A DNA stretch of 64,000 nucleotides, from positions 96,001 through 160,000 of the forward strand of contig JAVZLH010000001.1 of the NCBI GenBank assembly GCA_038883855.1, read 5' to 3'. This DNA comes from Candidatus Bathyarchaeia archaeon (GTDB lineage Archaea; Thermoproteota; Bathyarchaeia; Bathyarchaeales; Bathycorpusculaceae). The position numbers and the translations under genes were made by a program. A model generated the notes under the pieces. The model worked only from the letters and a program-made list of their open reading frames with translations, was not told the origin of the DNA and ran no database searches. How positions within the stretch are numbered: position 1 is the stretch's first letter; every line of letters starts with the position of its first letter. Of this stretch, positions 10,624 to 19,952 are shown in pieces.

Positions 10624-11052
10624 TCATTTTTCCTTAGATCTGCTCCATTCTGGAACGCGTGCATCTGGAATAGAATCATGCGATGGAATGTAGGGTTTAA
10701 TGTCAACTAACGGTGAGCCTTCCAAAGCGTCAAGTCCGCTGACAGTCAAAGTGCAACTTTCAACTTTTAGCAACTTTGTTACGCATAAGCCTATGGGGTT
10801 CGGGCGGGACGGACTTCTACACGCAAAGACACCTACTTCAACGTTCACCTTATGCCTCTTAGGAAAAACAAGCAAAGTTCGTCTTTCCTCCTCATTATCC
10901 CGCAAATGAATCCAGTAAAGAACGATTAAATGCGAAAAATCTTCTATGCCTTTCAAGCCAGAACAGTATTCTGGAAAGATGCGTACTCTAGCCTCTTGTT
11001 CCCCAGCCTTTTCAACAACTCCTATAAAACGAAGCCTACCGTTTGCACCCAT
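10624..11052 (-). CDS. tsaA: tRNA m6t6A37 methyltransferase TrmO/TsaA
   Basis: FSHLIVLYWIH, GVFACRSPSRPNPIG, GLDALEGSPLVDIKPY. Confidence 0.92.
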   Translation of the reverse strand: MGANGRLRFIGVVEKAGEQEARVRIFPEYCSGLKGIEDFSHLIVLYWIHLRDNEEERRTLLVFPKRHKVNVEVGVFACRSPSRPNPIGLCVTKLLKVESCTLTVSGLDALEGSPLVDIKPYIPSHDSIPDARVPEWSRSKEK

Positions 11053-11071
11053 GCCTCTTCCCTCCAGCGTT

Positions 11072-11932
11072 TTACCGCGTCTTCAAGTAAGCTTCAACTT
11101 TTCCGGCAATTTCCATAAAAGCTTTCGAAGCAGGAGAATTTGGGTCTTCAACTATGAAAGGCAACCCCTTATCTGAAGCTTGGCTTATTTTCTGGTCTAT
11201 CGGTATGCTACCAAGAAACGGAATACCAAGTTCATCAGCCATGCGCTTTCCGCCTCCAGACTGAAATATGTCAATTTTTGAGCCGCAATGGGGGCAGACG
11301 AACCCACTCATGTTTTCCACAACACCGATAATAGGCATCCCAAGCCTATTCGCGAAACTCACAGCCTTCTTAACAACAACCTGCGAAACCTCAGACGGAA
11401 TCGTAACAATTATCACGCCGTCCATCTCTGGCAAGAGCTGAGCAATACTTAGCGGCTCATCTCCGGTTCCAGGGGGCAAATCAATAAGCAGTATATCCAG
11501 TTCTCCCCAAACAATGTCTGAAAGAAACTGGCGTATCGCCGTCATTTTCAATGGTCCACGCCAAATGACAGGCGCATCTTCATCGGGCAACAAGAAATCC
11601 ATAGAAACAACTTTTATTCCAAGCAACCCGAAAACGGGAAAAACGCCGGGCGGTCCAATTTGAAGCCTTTGACCTGTTAATCCCAATATTTTTGGTATGC
11701 TTGGTCCGTGGATGTCTGCATCTAAAACTCCTACACTGTTTGTGTGCCCGTGCATGGCGAAGGCTATGGCAAGGTTTGCTGTGATTGTGCTTTTTCCAAC
11801 GCCGCCTTTTCCGCTTATCACGGCTATTTTATGTTTGATTTTTCCCATCTTAGCCTTCAGCTTCTCAAATTCCTCAAACATCTGTTTCCTTCTTTCTTCA
11901 ATCGCCTTAACATTCTCCTCTTCTTTACTCAT
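11072..11932 (-). CDS. Mrp/NBP35 (ApbC) Fe-S cluster carrier ATPase
   Basis: SGKGGVGKS, DADIHGPS, IWRGP, DLPPGTGD, ENMSGFVCPHC. Confidence 0.93.
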   Translation of the reverse strand: MSKEEENVKAIEERRKQMFEEFEKLKAKMGKIKHKIAVISGKGGVGKSTITANLAIAFAMHGHTNSVGVLDADIHGPSIPKILGLTGQRLQIGPPGVFPVFGLLGIKVVSMDFLLPDEDAPVIWRGPLKMTAIRQFLSDIVWGELDILLIDLPPGTGDEPLSIAQLLPEMDGVIIVTIPSEVSQVVVKKAVSFANRLGMPIIGVVENMSGFVCPHCGSKIDIFQSGGGKRMADELGIPFLGSIPIDQKISQASDKGLPFIVEDPNSPASKAFMEIAGKVEAYLKTR

Positions 11933-12111
11933 AACAACACCAGAACTAGCGCTTAATGTCTTGCATGGTTGAAGATGGTGAACAACACTAAATAGTTTTT
12001 GTATACACCCTAATTTATTTATTGAAAATGCAGATTTACAGTTTATTTTTTGAATTCATAAGAGTTTTAATGTTTTCAACTCTAAGCAATTAGTTGCAGG
12101 GTGAAAGTTGC

Positions 12112-12330
12112 ATGAGTGAACAAATCCTTCAAGCTTGCAAAGAATTAATCGACGACGCAAAAATTGGCTGCGCCGACCTTGTTTTTAAAGAAATATGCCT
12201 TGAAATTCTTTCAAGAGCGAAGAATATCTTAAATGAAAGACAGTTTAGGCAGCTAGTTTCTTACGCTGCTGAAAAAATGAGGGAAAGAATTCCTTTTGAG
12301 TGTGAGCGCGAAATTACCTTAAACCGATAA
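12112..12330 (+). CDS. Hypothetical helical protein
   Basis: SD-like GGGTGA upstream of ATG 12112; 72 aa. Confidence 0.65.
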   Translation: MSEQILQACKELIDDAKIGCADLVFKEICLEILSRAKNILNERQFRQLVSYAAEKMRERIPFECEREITLNR

Positions 12331-12355
12331 AGAAATGGGCACCCACTGTAGAATT

Positions 12356-12417
12356 TGAGCAGCATCTAAGCTGCCGACACCATGAAGCGCCGATTAAAAG
12401 CAGCTTCACCCTGCTCA
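12356..12417 (-). ncRNA. Candidate structured RNA (three-stem hairpin) between convergent genes
   Basis: Stems TGAGCAG/CTGCTCA and AAGCTGC/GCAGCTT, plus an apical CGGCGC/GUGUCG stem that pairs only on the minus strand through G-U. Confidence 0.4.
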
Positions 12418-12430
12418 TGTTTTTCTGGTT

Positions 12431-12916
12431 TTAACCAAGCTTATACCCTATTCTCCGCAGAAACTCCTTCCTCGCCTTAATATCCCCTTCTTTCTCTATG
12501 CCTCTGCTCTTTAAACCGTCAACTACGCCGATTATGCCTCTGCCCTGCTCCGTTTCCGCAATAACAACTTCTAAGGGATTCGCTGTGGCCGCGTAAACCG
12601 TGCAGACCTCAGGCACTTTCTTAATCTTGTCTAAAACGTTTATTGGATACGCATTTCTTATGAAGATTATGAAGCTGTGACCGCATGCGAGTTCAAAGGC
12701 TTTTTCAGCCGCCAAACGCCTCAGTTCCTCATCGTTTCCCTCGTGTCTAACCAAGCATGGACCGGAACTTTCGCAGAAGCCGATGCCGAACTTTATGTTT
12801 GGAACAGCGTTAACCAAAGCTTCGTAAAGGTCTTCGACTGTTTTAATGAAATGCGCCATCCCCAAAATCACGTTACAATCCTTCGGCACGTCAATTTTGA
12901 CGGTTTTTAGCTCCAA
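12431..12916 (-). CDS. Adenosine-specific kinase family protein (DUF355)
   Basis: [50 protein letters not shown]. Confidence 0.9.
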   Translation of the reverse strand: MELKTVKIDVPKDCNVILGMAHFIKTVEDLYEALVNAVPNIKFGIGFCESSGPCLVRHEGNDEELRRLAAEKAFELACGHSFIIFIRNAYPINVLDKIKKVPEVCTVYAATANPLEVVIAETEQGRGIIGVVDGLKSRGIEKEGDIKARKEFLRRIGYKLG

Positions 12917-12964
12917 TACGACTCCTCCAACCTAGGTTTTTGTTGATAGAAATGTAGTGCGCGT

Positions 12965-14255
12965 TTAGGATTTAAATGCTATTTTTACAGCAAAAAGTAA
13001 TGTGCCCAACGCTACTATAATCAAAGAAAGATAGAAAGCGTTAACACATGCTGTTTGTTTTGGCAATCCGAGGACAGTAATTTGAAAATCGGCGAATGGT
13101 CCGCCGATAAGCATTCCTGCTGGTCCCCAGCTTAATGCCATAACTGTGTTATATCGGCTTAGTAGTCGTCCTCTTTTGTGTTCTTGAATTAGGTCTCCAG
13201 CGAGGGCGAAGCCAACTGTTTGAATAATCCAGAATGATGCTCCGTTGAGTCCGTAAACTAACGCCATTAAGAGGACATTTCGAGCAAAGGCATAAGAGAG
13301 CGGCGTAAATGTCGCTAGAATCAGCCCTAATAATATAACTTTGCTTTTCCCAATCTTGTTGGCTAAACCTCCAGAGATTATGCTTGCGATCATTCCGCCA
13401 ATAGTCCAAGAGGCAAGTATAATACTCATTTCGTAGCTTTCTACGCCTAAGCCTTCTGGAAGTTCTAGAAACAGGAGGAAAATCTGATTTATTGAAGCTG
13501 CTCCTAAGACTATTATTGTAAGGGCTACTAGAAACCAATTGTAGGTTTTTCGTCTTCGATACAAATTTTATTCACATGTTCCTCGTGTTTATGAATGAGT
13601 AAGGCGTCTTTGGTTTTTGTTCTTTCACGCCTTGAAACTAAAGCCATTGTTATTGTTCCAATAAAAAGCAAAATAGTTACTATGTAAAAGATTATTCCAC
13701 TTTTGAAGCCTTCTCCGTCAAAGTACAGGTATCCAGCACATAATATGCCTACCATTCTACCAAGGGAAGCGATAAAATTTAATGCTCCGGTAACCTTCCC
13801 TCGTGTTTTTGGAGTTGTAACATCCGTTAGTAGCGCTGCCCATCCAACATCCGACATGGACCAAAAGAACTCCAATATAGATAAACCGAAAATTATTGTT
13901 AAGCCAGCAGCGAAATTGTTTTCAACATCAAAAAAGATCTGTGAATCAGAAAGACTGCTATGTAAGTGAATCCCGCTATGGTTTCGCCTGCTATTATAAG
14001 CGTCGCTTTTATCTTGTAGCGGTCGCTTATCTTACCCCAAATCAGATTTTGACCTAGAGCCGAAGCAAGCATGTTAAGCGTTCCAAGAGCCGCTGTTGAT
14101 GTGACGTTTCCCATCAACATGTAAAGATAGTTTATCATGAACGTGTAGAATATGCCTCTCCTAACAAAAGTTAGAAACTGAAAAAGGCTTAAATTAAAAA
14201 ATATGTCTCTTAAACCAGCAGACGTCAAAGCTTCAGCATCATGAGCCTTCGTCAC
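12965..14255 (-). pseudogene. MFS transporter split by two single-base frameshifts (~13930, ~13563)
   Basis: Three consecutive hydrophobic ORFs with MFS motifs WGKISDRY, TRGKVTG and GGLANKIGKS; each junction is repaired by one extra T in a T run. Confidence 0.75.
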
Positions 14256-14349
14256 CGTTTCGTCGCCTCAACTTAAGACTGTAATAGTAACAACAGTGAT
14301 ACATAAAACCTTAAAGCCAACAGAGCCACCAAAATATCAAGAAGAGCTT

Positions 14350-14427
14350 GGGCCGGTAGTTCAGTTTGGTACGAACGCCTGACTTGCACTCAGGAGGTCG
14401 GGGGTTCAAATCCCCCCCGGTCCACCA
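14350..14427 (+). tRNA. tRNA-Ala(TGC), intronless, CCA encoded
   Basis: Cloverleaf: GGGCCGG/CCGGTCC acceptor with G3:U70, D stem GTTC/GAAC, anticodon arm CCTGA-CT TGC AC-TCAGG, T arm GGGGG-TTCAAAT-CCCCC, then ACCA. Confidence 0.97.
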
Positions 14428-14538
14428 CCATGCTGACATCTACTCAACCAACTTATGCTTTGAACCTCTATTATTGGAACTTTCAAAATGGCAAAAGGTT
14501 AATTCACTCATGTACATAGGTGATTAGGTGGCAAGCCT

Positions 14539-14943
14539 ATGCCAATAAAGTACATTGAAGCTTCAGATGTGAAAAAACGAGTTGATGAAATCGCTGAAAA
14601 CCTTAACCTTTTCCACATAATTCCGCAATTCGTTTTCTGTGTGAGGAGTAAATGCTCAAAATCCACACGTACAATTGCCCGCATTCACGGTTTAGGCAGG
14701 ATATGGCAGGAAACGCTTAATCTTCCACCATCCTACATTATCGAGGTTATTTCTGAACGTTACGACAAGTTGTCAGAGGAGGAGAAGGAGAAAACCCTAA
14801 TCCACGAGCTTCTACATATCCCGCATGGGTTTTCCGGAGGCTTCCGACCACATAAGGGCTATGTAAGCCGCGAGAAAGTGGAGCAGCTATACAGGAAACT
14901 GAAACAAAACAGGGCTAGGAAAGTTATTAACGAAAATTTTTAA
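14539..14943 (+). CDS. Putative zinc metallopeptidase
   Basis: ARIHGL...YIIEVISE...LIHELLHIP (HExxH). Confidence 0.82.
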   Translation: MPIKYIEASDVKKRVDEIAENLNLFHIIPQFVFCVRSKCSKSTRTIARIHGLGRIWQETLNLPPSYIIEVISERYDKLSEEEKEKTLIHELLHIPHGFSGGFRPHKGYVSREKVEQLYRKLKQNRARKVINENF

Positions 14944-15037
14944 TAAACCTTTCAGCAGCGGTGTTTAATGCTCTTTTCTTGCAAAAGTTTAATTTGCTTT
15001 AAAGGCGAAATAACGGGCGCATGGAAGTGAATGTGAA

Positions 15038-15319
15038 ATGATGTCTCAAATACCGATAAAAATTGAGAAGGTTAGCGAGAAGCTTTTAGACCGCGAAATC
15101 TTGAGGGTGGCAATAATCGCCGAGTTAGACGCCGTAAGCCTCTATGAGCAGCTGGCAGCGGCAACGAAAAACGAAGCTATCAAGAAGGTTCTCTTCGAAG
15201 TGGCTAGGGAAGAGAAAACGCATGTCGGCGAATTTCAAGCGTTGTTGTTGAAGGAAGACGCAGAGCAAGTCACGGAACTGGAAAAGGGCAAAAAAGAAGT
15301 CGAAGAAATAACAGAGTAA
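15038..15319 (+). CDS. Small ferritin-like protein (encapsulated-ferritin/Flp type)
   Basis: AIIAELDAVSLYEQ...EEKTHVGEF di-iron half-site. Confidence 0.85.
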   Translation: MMSQIPIKIEKVSEKLLDREILRVAIIAELDAVSLYEQLAAATKNEAIKKVLFEVAREEKTHVGEFQALLLKEDAEQVTELEKGKKEVEEITE

Positions 15320-15470
15320 ACAACGGGCAACTTTCTCTTTTCTTTCTACATTCAACGTATTAACGTTGGTTAACAGCTTGGCATTGTGCCGCTGTTTATT
15401 TGGAAGACAAACCAAAATAGATAAAAGTGTGGAAATTTAAAGAGAGACACCGAAACTTGGAGAAAAAAGT

Positions 15471-15665
15471 ATGCCTACAGAGATCTTTGACGTTGACAAG
15501 TTCATCGAAATAAGCGGACGCGCAGAATACTGCATTGTGAAAAGGTTAAAAGATGTTGTTAAGCTAAAGTTGCGCACATCTAAAAAGCTTATTACACTGA
15601 AGGTGGAGCCGACGAGAGCGGAGGAAATCCTTAAAAAACTTCAGTGCGAAATCCGTGAAATATAA
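15471..15665 (+). CDS. rpl38e: Ribosomal protein eL38 (L38e)
   Basis: MPTEIFDVDKFIE...VKLKLRTSKKLITLKV matches the eL38 pattern MPxxIxDxxxF...KxKxRxxxxLYTL. Confidence 0.8.
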   Translation: MPTEIFDVDKFIEISGRAEYCIVKRLKDVVKLKLRTSKKLITLKVEPTRAEEILKKLQCEIREI

Positions 15666-15675
15666 GCTATGCCTT

Positions 15676-16728
15676 TTATGGCGTTTTGCTTGCGCCCCTC
15701 TTCTTCTTAGAAAGCTTAGTCAGAAGGTTTAGTGCGTTAGCTTCCTCTTCTGCAGCCTTAACATTTAGGATTCCCGCTTTCTCAGCTTTCGAAAATAGTT
15801 CTTCGCCCCTTTCTGTGCGTATGATTGTGAATGTCCACTTGTCAAGTCCCAAACCACCAGCTGAGATGTCAGCAAGCTCAGAACTGAAGTCATCGCAGAA
15901 ACTGCAACTTCTGCGGGCATACTGCTTTATTTCTGGCAATGGTATTGCTTGAACGCCTTTTTCTGTTGTGACAAGCATTTTCCCCTTAATATTCATCTTC
16001 TTTATGTCACTCAAGTTTATTCCAAGCTTTTCTTGAATGTGCTTTTGCATAAGCCCATCGTAATAGAAACATTCTGAGCACATTAGCCCAATCAAAAACT
16101 TTATGGGCGCCGTGAACCTTTTCAGCCCAACCATCTGCATCTTTCTAACTGCGTGAATTTGGCATGGTGTGCCAACAAAAGCGAGGCTTGACTTTTTCTG
16201 TTTTACGCCTTCTGCAAGGGCTTGGATGTTTGGCGAGTAGGAATATTTTGTTCCAGCGCTTTTCAAAATATCTTCACATGTCAACGCCAGCTTTGGAACT
16301 GGGTGGAAGGTTTTTTCTTGGCTTAAACCAGAAACAACCGCGCCGTCTATAAGCCCGTTTTCTAAAGCAAACAAAAGAAGCGCGGTGACGACGCCCCCGT
16401 CTTGGCATGCCCTTAATACATCATCGTTCTTTACTTGGGCTACGACAAGTTTGCGGTAAACTCCGAAATCCTCCTCTGGCTTTCTTTCTCTTCCAAAAAC
16501 GAAATTCTCCGCTTTAGACCAATCCCAATCATAACGGGGACACGCTTGCGCGCAGATTCCGCATATCTTACATTCCTTAACTACCTTCGGCTTCTCCTCC
16601 ACATATTCAAGGCAGTTAACTGGGCAGATGACAACGCATGTGCTACAACCAACACATTTTCCAGCATCCACAACATTCTTTCCAAGCGAATCTTCAAAAC
16701 CAACCTTCGGAGCACTCATGGATAGCAC
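15676..16728 (-). CDS. Coenzyme F420-binding FrhB/FdhB/FpoF-family subunit with 2x[4Fe-4S] ferredoxin domain
   Basis: CVGCSTCVVICP, CKICGICAQACP, QDGGVVT, GTKY, VGTPCQ, GLMCSE, CSFCDD, ADISAGG. Confidence 0.9.
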   Translation of the reverse strand: MLSMSAPKVGFEDSLGKNVVDAGKCVGCSTCVVICPVNCLEYVEEKPKVVKECKICGICAQACPRYDWDWSKAENFVFGRERKPEEDFGVYRKLVVAQVKNDDVLRACQDGGVVTALLLFALENGLIDGAVVSGLSQEKTFHPVPKLALTCEDILKSAGTKYSYSPNIQALAEGVKQKKSSLAFVGTPCQIHAVRKMQMVGLKRFTAPIKFLIGLMCSECFYYDGLMQKHIQEKLGINLSDIKKMNIKGKMLVTTEKGVQAIPLPEIKQYARRSCSFCDDFSSELADISAGGLGLDKWTFTIIRTERGEELFSKAEKAGILNVKAAEEEANALNLLTKLSKKKRGASKTP

Positions 16729-16848
16729 GCTTTATACACAATAACAAGATGTTCAAGTTTAAAGTTTTTGCAAAAGCATTTTACCTATTATGGCTTGGAA
16801 AGCTGAACTTAAATAGTTGCAGGCTCCCAGTTAAAAGCGGAAGTTTCC

Positions 16849-17607
16849 ATGAACCCCATTCAAATAATAGGAGTTGAAGGCTTGCCAATTATAAAGGCCG
16901 GAGACAACATCGCCCAACTCATCTGCAAAGCCGCTGAAAAACAGGGAACGCCAATCCAAAACGGAGACATAATCGTAATAACACACGTTATTGTTTCTAG
17001 AGCAGAAGGAAAAATTGTAAACCTAGACGAGGTTGAACCCTCCGAGTTTGCGAAGAACGTGGCTAGGCAATATGGGAAAGATCCAGCGATGGTTGAAGTT
17101 GTTCTTCGCGAATCCAAAAACATAAAACGCATGGGAGACGGCAAAATAATAACAGAAACAAAACACGGGTTTATCTGCGCAAACTCAGGTGTTGACAAAT
17201 CCAACGTTCCTAAAGAACGTTTTGTCGCCTTGCTACCCGACAACCCAGACATTTCAGCTCAAAAAATTAGAGGGGAAATAAAGAAGCTGACAGGCTGTGA
17301 TGTTGCAGTTATAATTTCTGACACTCACGGGCGCCCATTAAGGGAGGGCGAAATTAACGTGGCTATTGGTGTAGCGGGAATAAAACCCATTCGAGATCGG
17401 AGAGGCGAGAAAGACTTGTTTGGTTACGTCTTGCAAGTTAAGCAAACAGCGGTTGCTGACGAGTTAGCTTCTGCTGCAGAGTTGGTTATTGGGCAGGCGG
17501 ATGAAGGGGTTCCGGCAGCCATAATCCGCGGATACAAATATCAAAAGTCTGAAAGCGCAAAAGCCACAGAGTTAATAAGACCAGAACATAAGGATTTGTT
17601 CCTATGA
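16849..17607 (+). CDS. cofE: Coenzyme F420-0:L-glutamate ligase
   Basis: VSRAEG, CANSGVDKSN, LLPDNPD, ISDTHGRPLREG, DLFG, ADELASAA. Confidence 0.93.
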   Translation: MNPIQIIGVEGLPIIKAGDNIAQLICKAAEKQGTPIQNGDIIVITHVIVSRAEGKIVNLDEVEPSEFAKNVARQYGKDPAMVEVVLRESKNIKRMGDGKIITETKHGFICANSGVDKSNVPKERFVALLPDNPDISAQKIRGEIKKLTGCDVAVIISDTHGRPLREGEINVAIGVAGIKPIRDRRGEKDLFGYVLQVKQTAVADELASAAELVIGQADEGVPAAIIRGYKYQKSESAKATELIRPEHKDLFL

Positions 17608-17815
17608 TGCTGAAATAAGTTGACAGCGTATAAATGCTAAGCTCATGGAAAACTCCATTGACCTTTTGTCCAAGCTGGCATAATAAACTCCGTTCATTAC
17701 GCAAGGCAAATGACGAGAGTCTCTGAGATTTACGCTGTGACGCGCGGCTTTCTTGCTGGAAAGACTGCGAGACAAGGATAGACAAAATGTTAAAGTACTT
17801 AAACAATTAAACCCA

Positions 17816-17921
17816 GCGTTAGTTGGGGCGTCTTTGCAATTGCAAAAACAATGCCTAACGCCTTTGTTTGGAACAGGTAGGCAGCCTATACCGCCTATAG
17901 CGAGTTGCGCGCGAGTAAGGC
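17816..17921 (+). promoter_or_regulatory. Structured leader/operator region upstream of the DHS-family gene
   Basis: GCGTTAG/CTAACGC stem enclosing the perfect palindrome TTTGCAATTGCAAA; further GCCTT/AAGGC and TAGGC/GCCTA pairings. Confidence 0.35.
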
Positions 17922-17991
17922 AATTTTGAAAAATAAAAATTTAAAAGACAGTTGGAAAAACATTAATTTTCTAAAAGTGTGGTGTGAAAAA

Positions 17992-19035
17992 GTGATTAAA
18001 GAAAAAAGGGCAACTCCATTCTTTAAAAAGAAGCTTGAGCCTATAGAGGTGAAAGTTCCGAAGAAAATATCGGAGCTTCTGTCTGAGATGGCTAAGACTG
18101 GCTTTCAAGGGAGAAAGCTTGGCGAGGTAGTTGAAGTCTGGGGAGAAATGCTCAAAGATGATTTAACCATATTTTTTGGTTTTGCTGGTTCTATGAGCAC
18201 AACGGGACAATGGAAAATAGTTAACTGGCTTATTGAAAAACGCTTCATCGATGTAATAGTCTCGACTGGCGCAAACATTTCTGAAGACATTTTGGAGGCT
18301 ATGGGCGGCACTTACTGGCAAGGGCACCATCTTGTTGACGATAAAGCTCTCTTAGATGCTAAAATAGACAGGTTCTACGATGTTTTCGCAGATGAATTAG
18401 AATATAGGCAAATGGAAAGTTTAATCGCTACTTTCATGAAAAAACTAAAACCCGACTACAAGTATTCCTCAGCAGAGTTTCTGTATTTGTTTGGAAAAGA
18501 GCTTTCTCAACTTGGAATAAAGAGCATTACGGCGACAGCTTACGAAAACAAAGTGCCAATATTTTGCCCAGCTATAGTTGACAGCGGATACGGAATAGCC
18601 TACTTGCTAAACAGAAAACTTGAAAGCGGCTTCAACATAACTATCGACCAGATGAAGGATTTTGAGCAACTGGTCGATATTAAAGCCAAAACCGCGAACA
18701 GCGGAGTAATATACATAGGCGGCGGAGTTCCAAAAGACGTTATCCAACTGACATCAGTTGGCAGAAGCCTAACCGAATCCAGAAAGTATGAAAGAACTTA
18801 TCCTCACAAATACGCCATACAAATAACCACGGACGCTCCACATTGGGGCGGGCTTTCTGGCTGCACTTTTGAAGAGGCTATAAGTTGGGGAAAAGAGGCT
18901 AAAGAAGGAAGGAATGTGCAGTGCTTCTGTGACGCAACCATAGCCTTGCCGATAGTGGTTCATGCGTTGGCTGAAAAAATTGAAAAACGAGAGAAACGTC
19001 CAGACCTTTCGTGGCTTTTTAAGGACTTAGAATAG
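17992..19035 (+). CDS. Deoxyhypusine synthase family protein (probable start GTG 17992)
   Basis: TGFQG, STGAN, DRFYD, PAIVDS, IGGGVPK and EAISWGK (catalytic Lys); SD GGTGTG at 17981. Confidence 0.88.
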   Translation: MIKEKRATPFFKKKLEPIEVKVPKKISELLSEMAKTGFQGRKLGEVVEVWGEMLKDDLTIFFGFAGSMSTTGQWKIVNWLIEKRFIDVIVSTGANISEDILEAMGGTYWQGHHLVDDKALLDAKIDRFYDVFADELEYRQMESLIATFMKKLKPDYKYSSAEFLYLFGKELSQLGIKSITATAYENKVPIFCPAIVDSGYGIAYLLNRKLESGFNITIDQMKDFEQLVDIKAKTANSGVIYIGGGVPKDVIQLTSVGRSLTESRKYERTYPHKYAIQITTDAPHWGGLSGCTFEEAISWGKEAKEGRNVQCFCDATIALPIVVHALAEKIEKREKRPDLSWLFKDLE

Positions 19036-19134
19036 ATGGTTTAACCTGTAATTTCAAGTACGCATCTCAACTCCCCCCTTTTGTGGGAAATCATAAATAA
19101 GTTTGTGATGGTAAGTTAACTGTGAGGAAAATAT

Positions 19135-19914
19135 TTGAAAATCGCTGTTTCAGGCAAAGGCGGTGTAGGCAAAACCCTAATCGCTGGTAGTCTAGCTTAT
19201 TTTTTCGCGAAAAACGGCTTAAAAACCATAGCAATTGACGCTGACCCTTCGCCGAATCTCGCTTTAACAATGGGGTTGTCGCCTGAGGAAGCCCGCAAAA
19301 TATTGCCTATATCCGAAAATAAGGAGTTGCTTGACTCGAAAACTAGCACGGGTTATTCTGGAGTTTTTAGGCTGTCCTTCACCGTTGATGACATTGTACG
19401 CGACTATTCTGTGGAGACCCCTTTAGGCGTGAACCTTATTGTCATGGGTACTGTGCGTTCAATGGGTTCGGGATGCACTTGTCCAGCAAATGCTGTTATA
19501 CGTGCTCTTCTTAGGCATTTGGTTGTCGAGCGCGATGAGGCCGTGGTTGTTGACATGGAAGCAGGCATAGAACATATTGGGAGAGGAACGGCGCAGCATG
19601 TGGATGTTATGCTCATAGTCGTAGATGCTAGTTTGAAGGCTCTTGAAACCGCCAAAAACATTTATGACTTAAGTGCTAAAGCGGGCTTAAAGAAAATTTT
19701 TCTCGTCGGTAACAAAGTTGGAGACGAGGTTCAAAAGAAAGTTATAGAAGGGTTTGCAGAAAAAAACGGTTTAAAGGTTCTTGGTCTTGTGCCTTTCGAC
19801 CCAAAAATTGTGGAGGCCGAGATGCGCGGGGAAACACCGCTTAAGCATGAGAAGTCTGAGGCTATAAGAGCCATAGAAAACATTTGTAATAGGCTTATGG
19901 CTAAAAACGTCTAA
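19135..19914 (+). CDS. cooC: CO dehydrogenase Ni-insertion ATPase CooC
   Basis: SGKGGVGKT, DADPSPNL, GSGCTCP (CxC), DMEAGIEH. Confidence 0.9.
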   Translation: MKIAVSGKGGVGKTLIAGSLAYFFAKNGLKTIAIDADPSPNLALTMGLSPEEARKILPISENKELLDSKTSTGYSGVFRLSFTVDDIVRDYSVETPLGVNLIVMGTVRSMGSGCTCPANAVIRALLRHLVVERDEAVVVDMEAGIEHIGRGTAQHVDVMLIVVDASLKALETAKNIYDLSAKAGLKKIFLVGNKVGDEVQKKVIEGFAEKNGLKVLGLVPFDPKIVEAEMRGETPLKHEKSEAIRAIENICNRLMAKNV

Positions 19915-19952
19915 AATACTTGAACGTATTTTAATTTGATGGGGCGAGATTT

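Noticed and set aside
12356-12417. H/ACA guide RNA or a true SECIS
   Set aside because: No ACA box directly after the stem, the tandem GA quartet is imperfect, and no UGA-containing gene is adjacent; kept only as an unclassified hairpin
14350-15320. Integrated element at tRNA-Ala (a metallopeptidase of a phage-associated family follows it)
   Set aside because: No integrase, no repeat of the tRNA 3' end seen, and housekeeping genes (eL38, FrhB-like, cofE) follow at once
17851-17991. Pyrrolysine or amber read-through extending the DHS gene from ATG 17851 through TAG 17878
   Set aside because: The extension does not look like DHS, no pyl genes are in the window, and a good SD precedes GTG 17992
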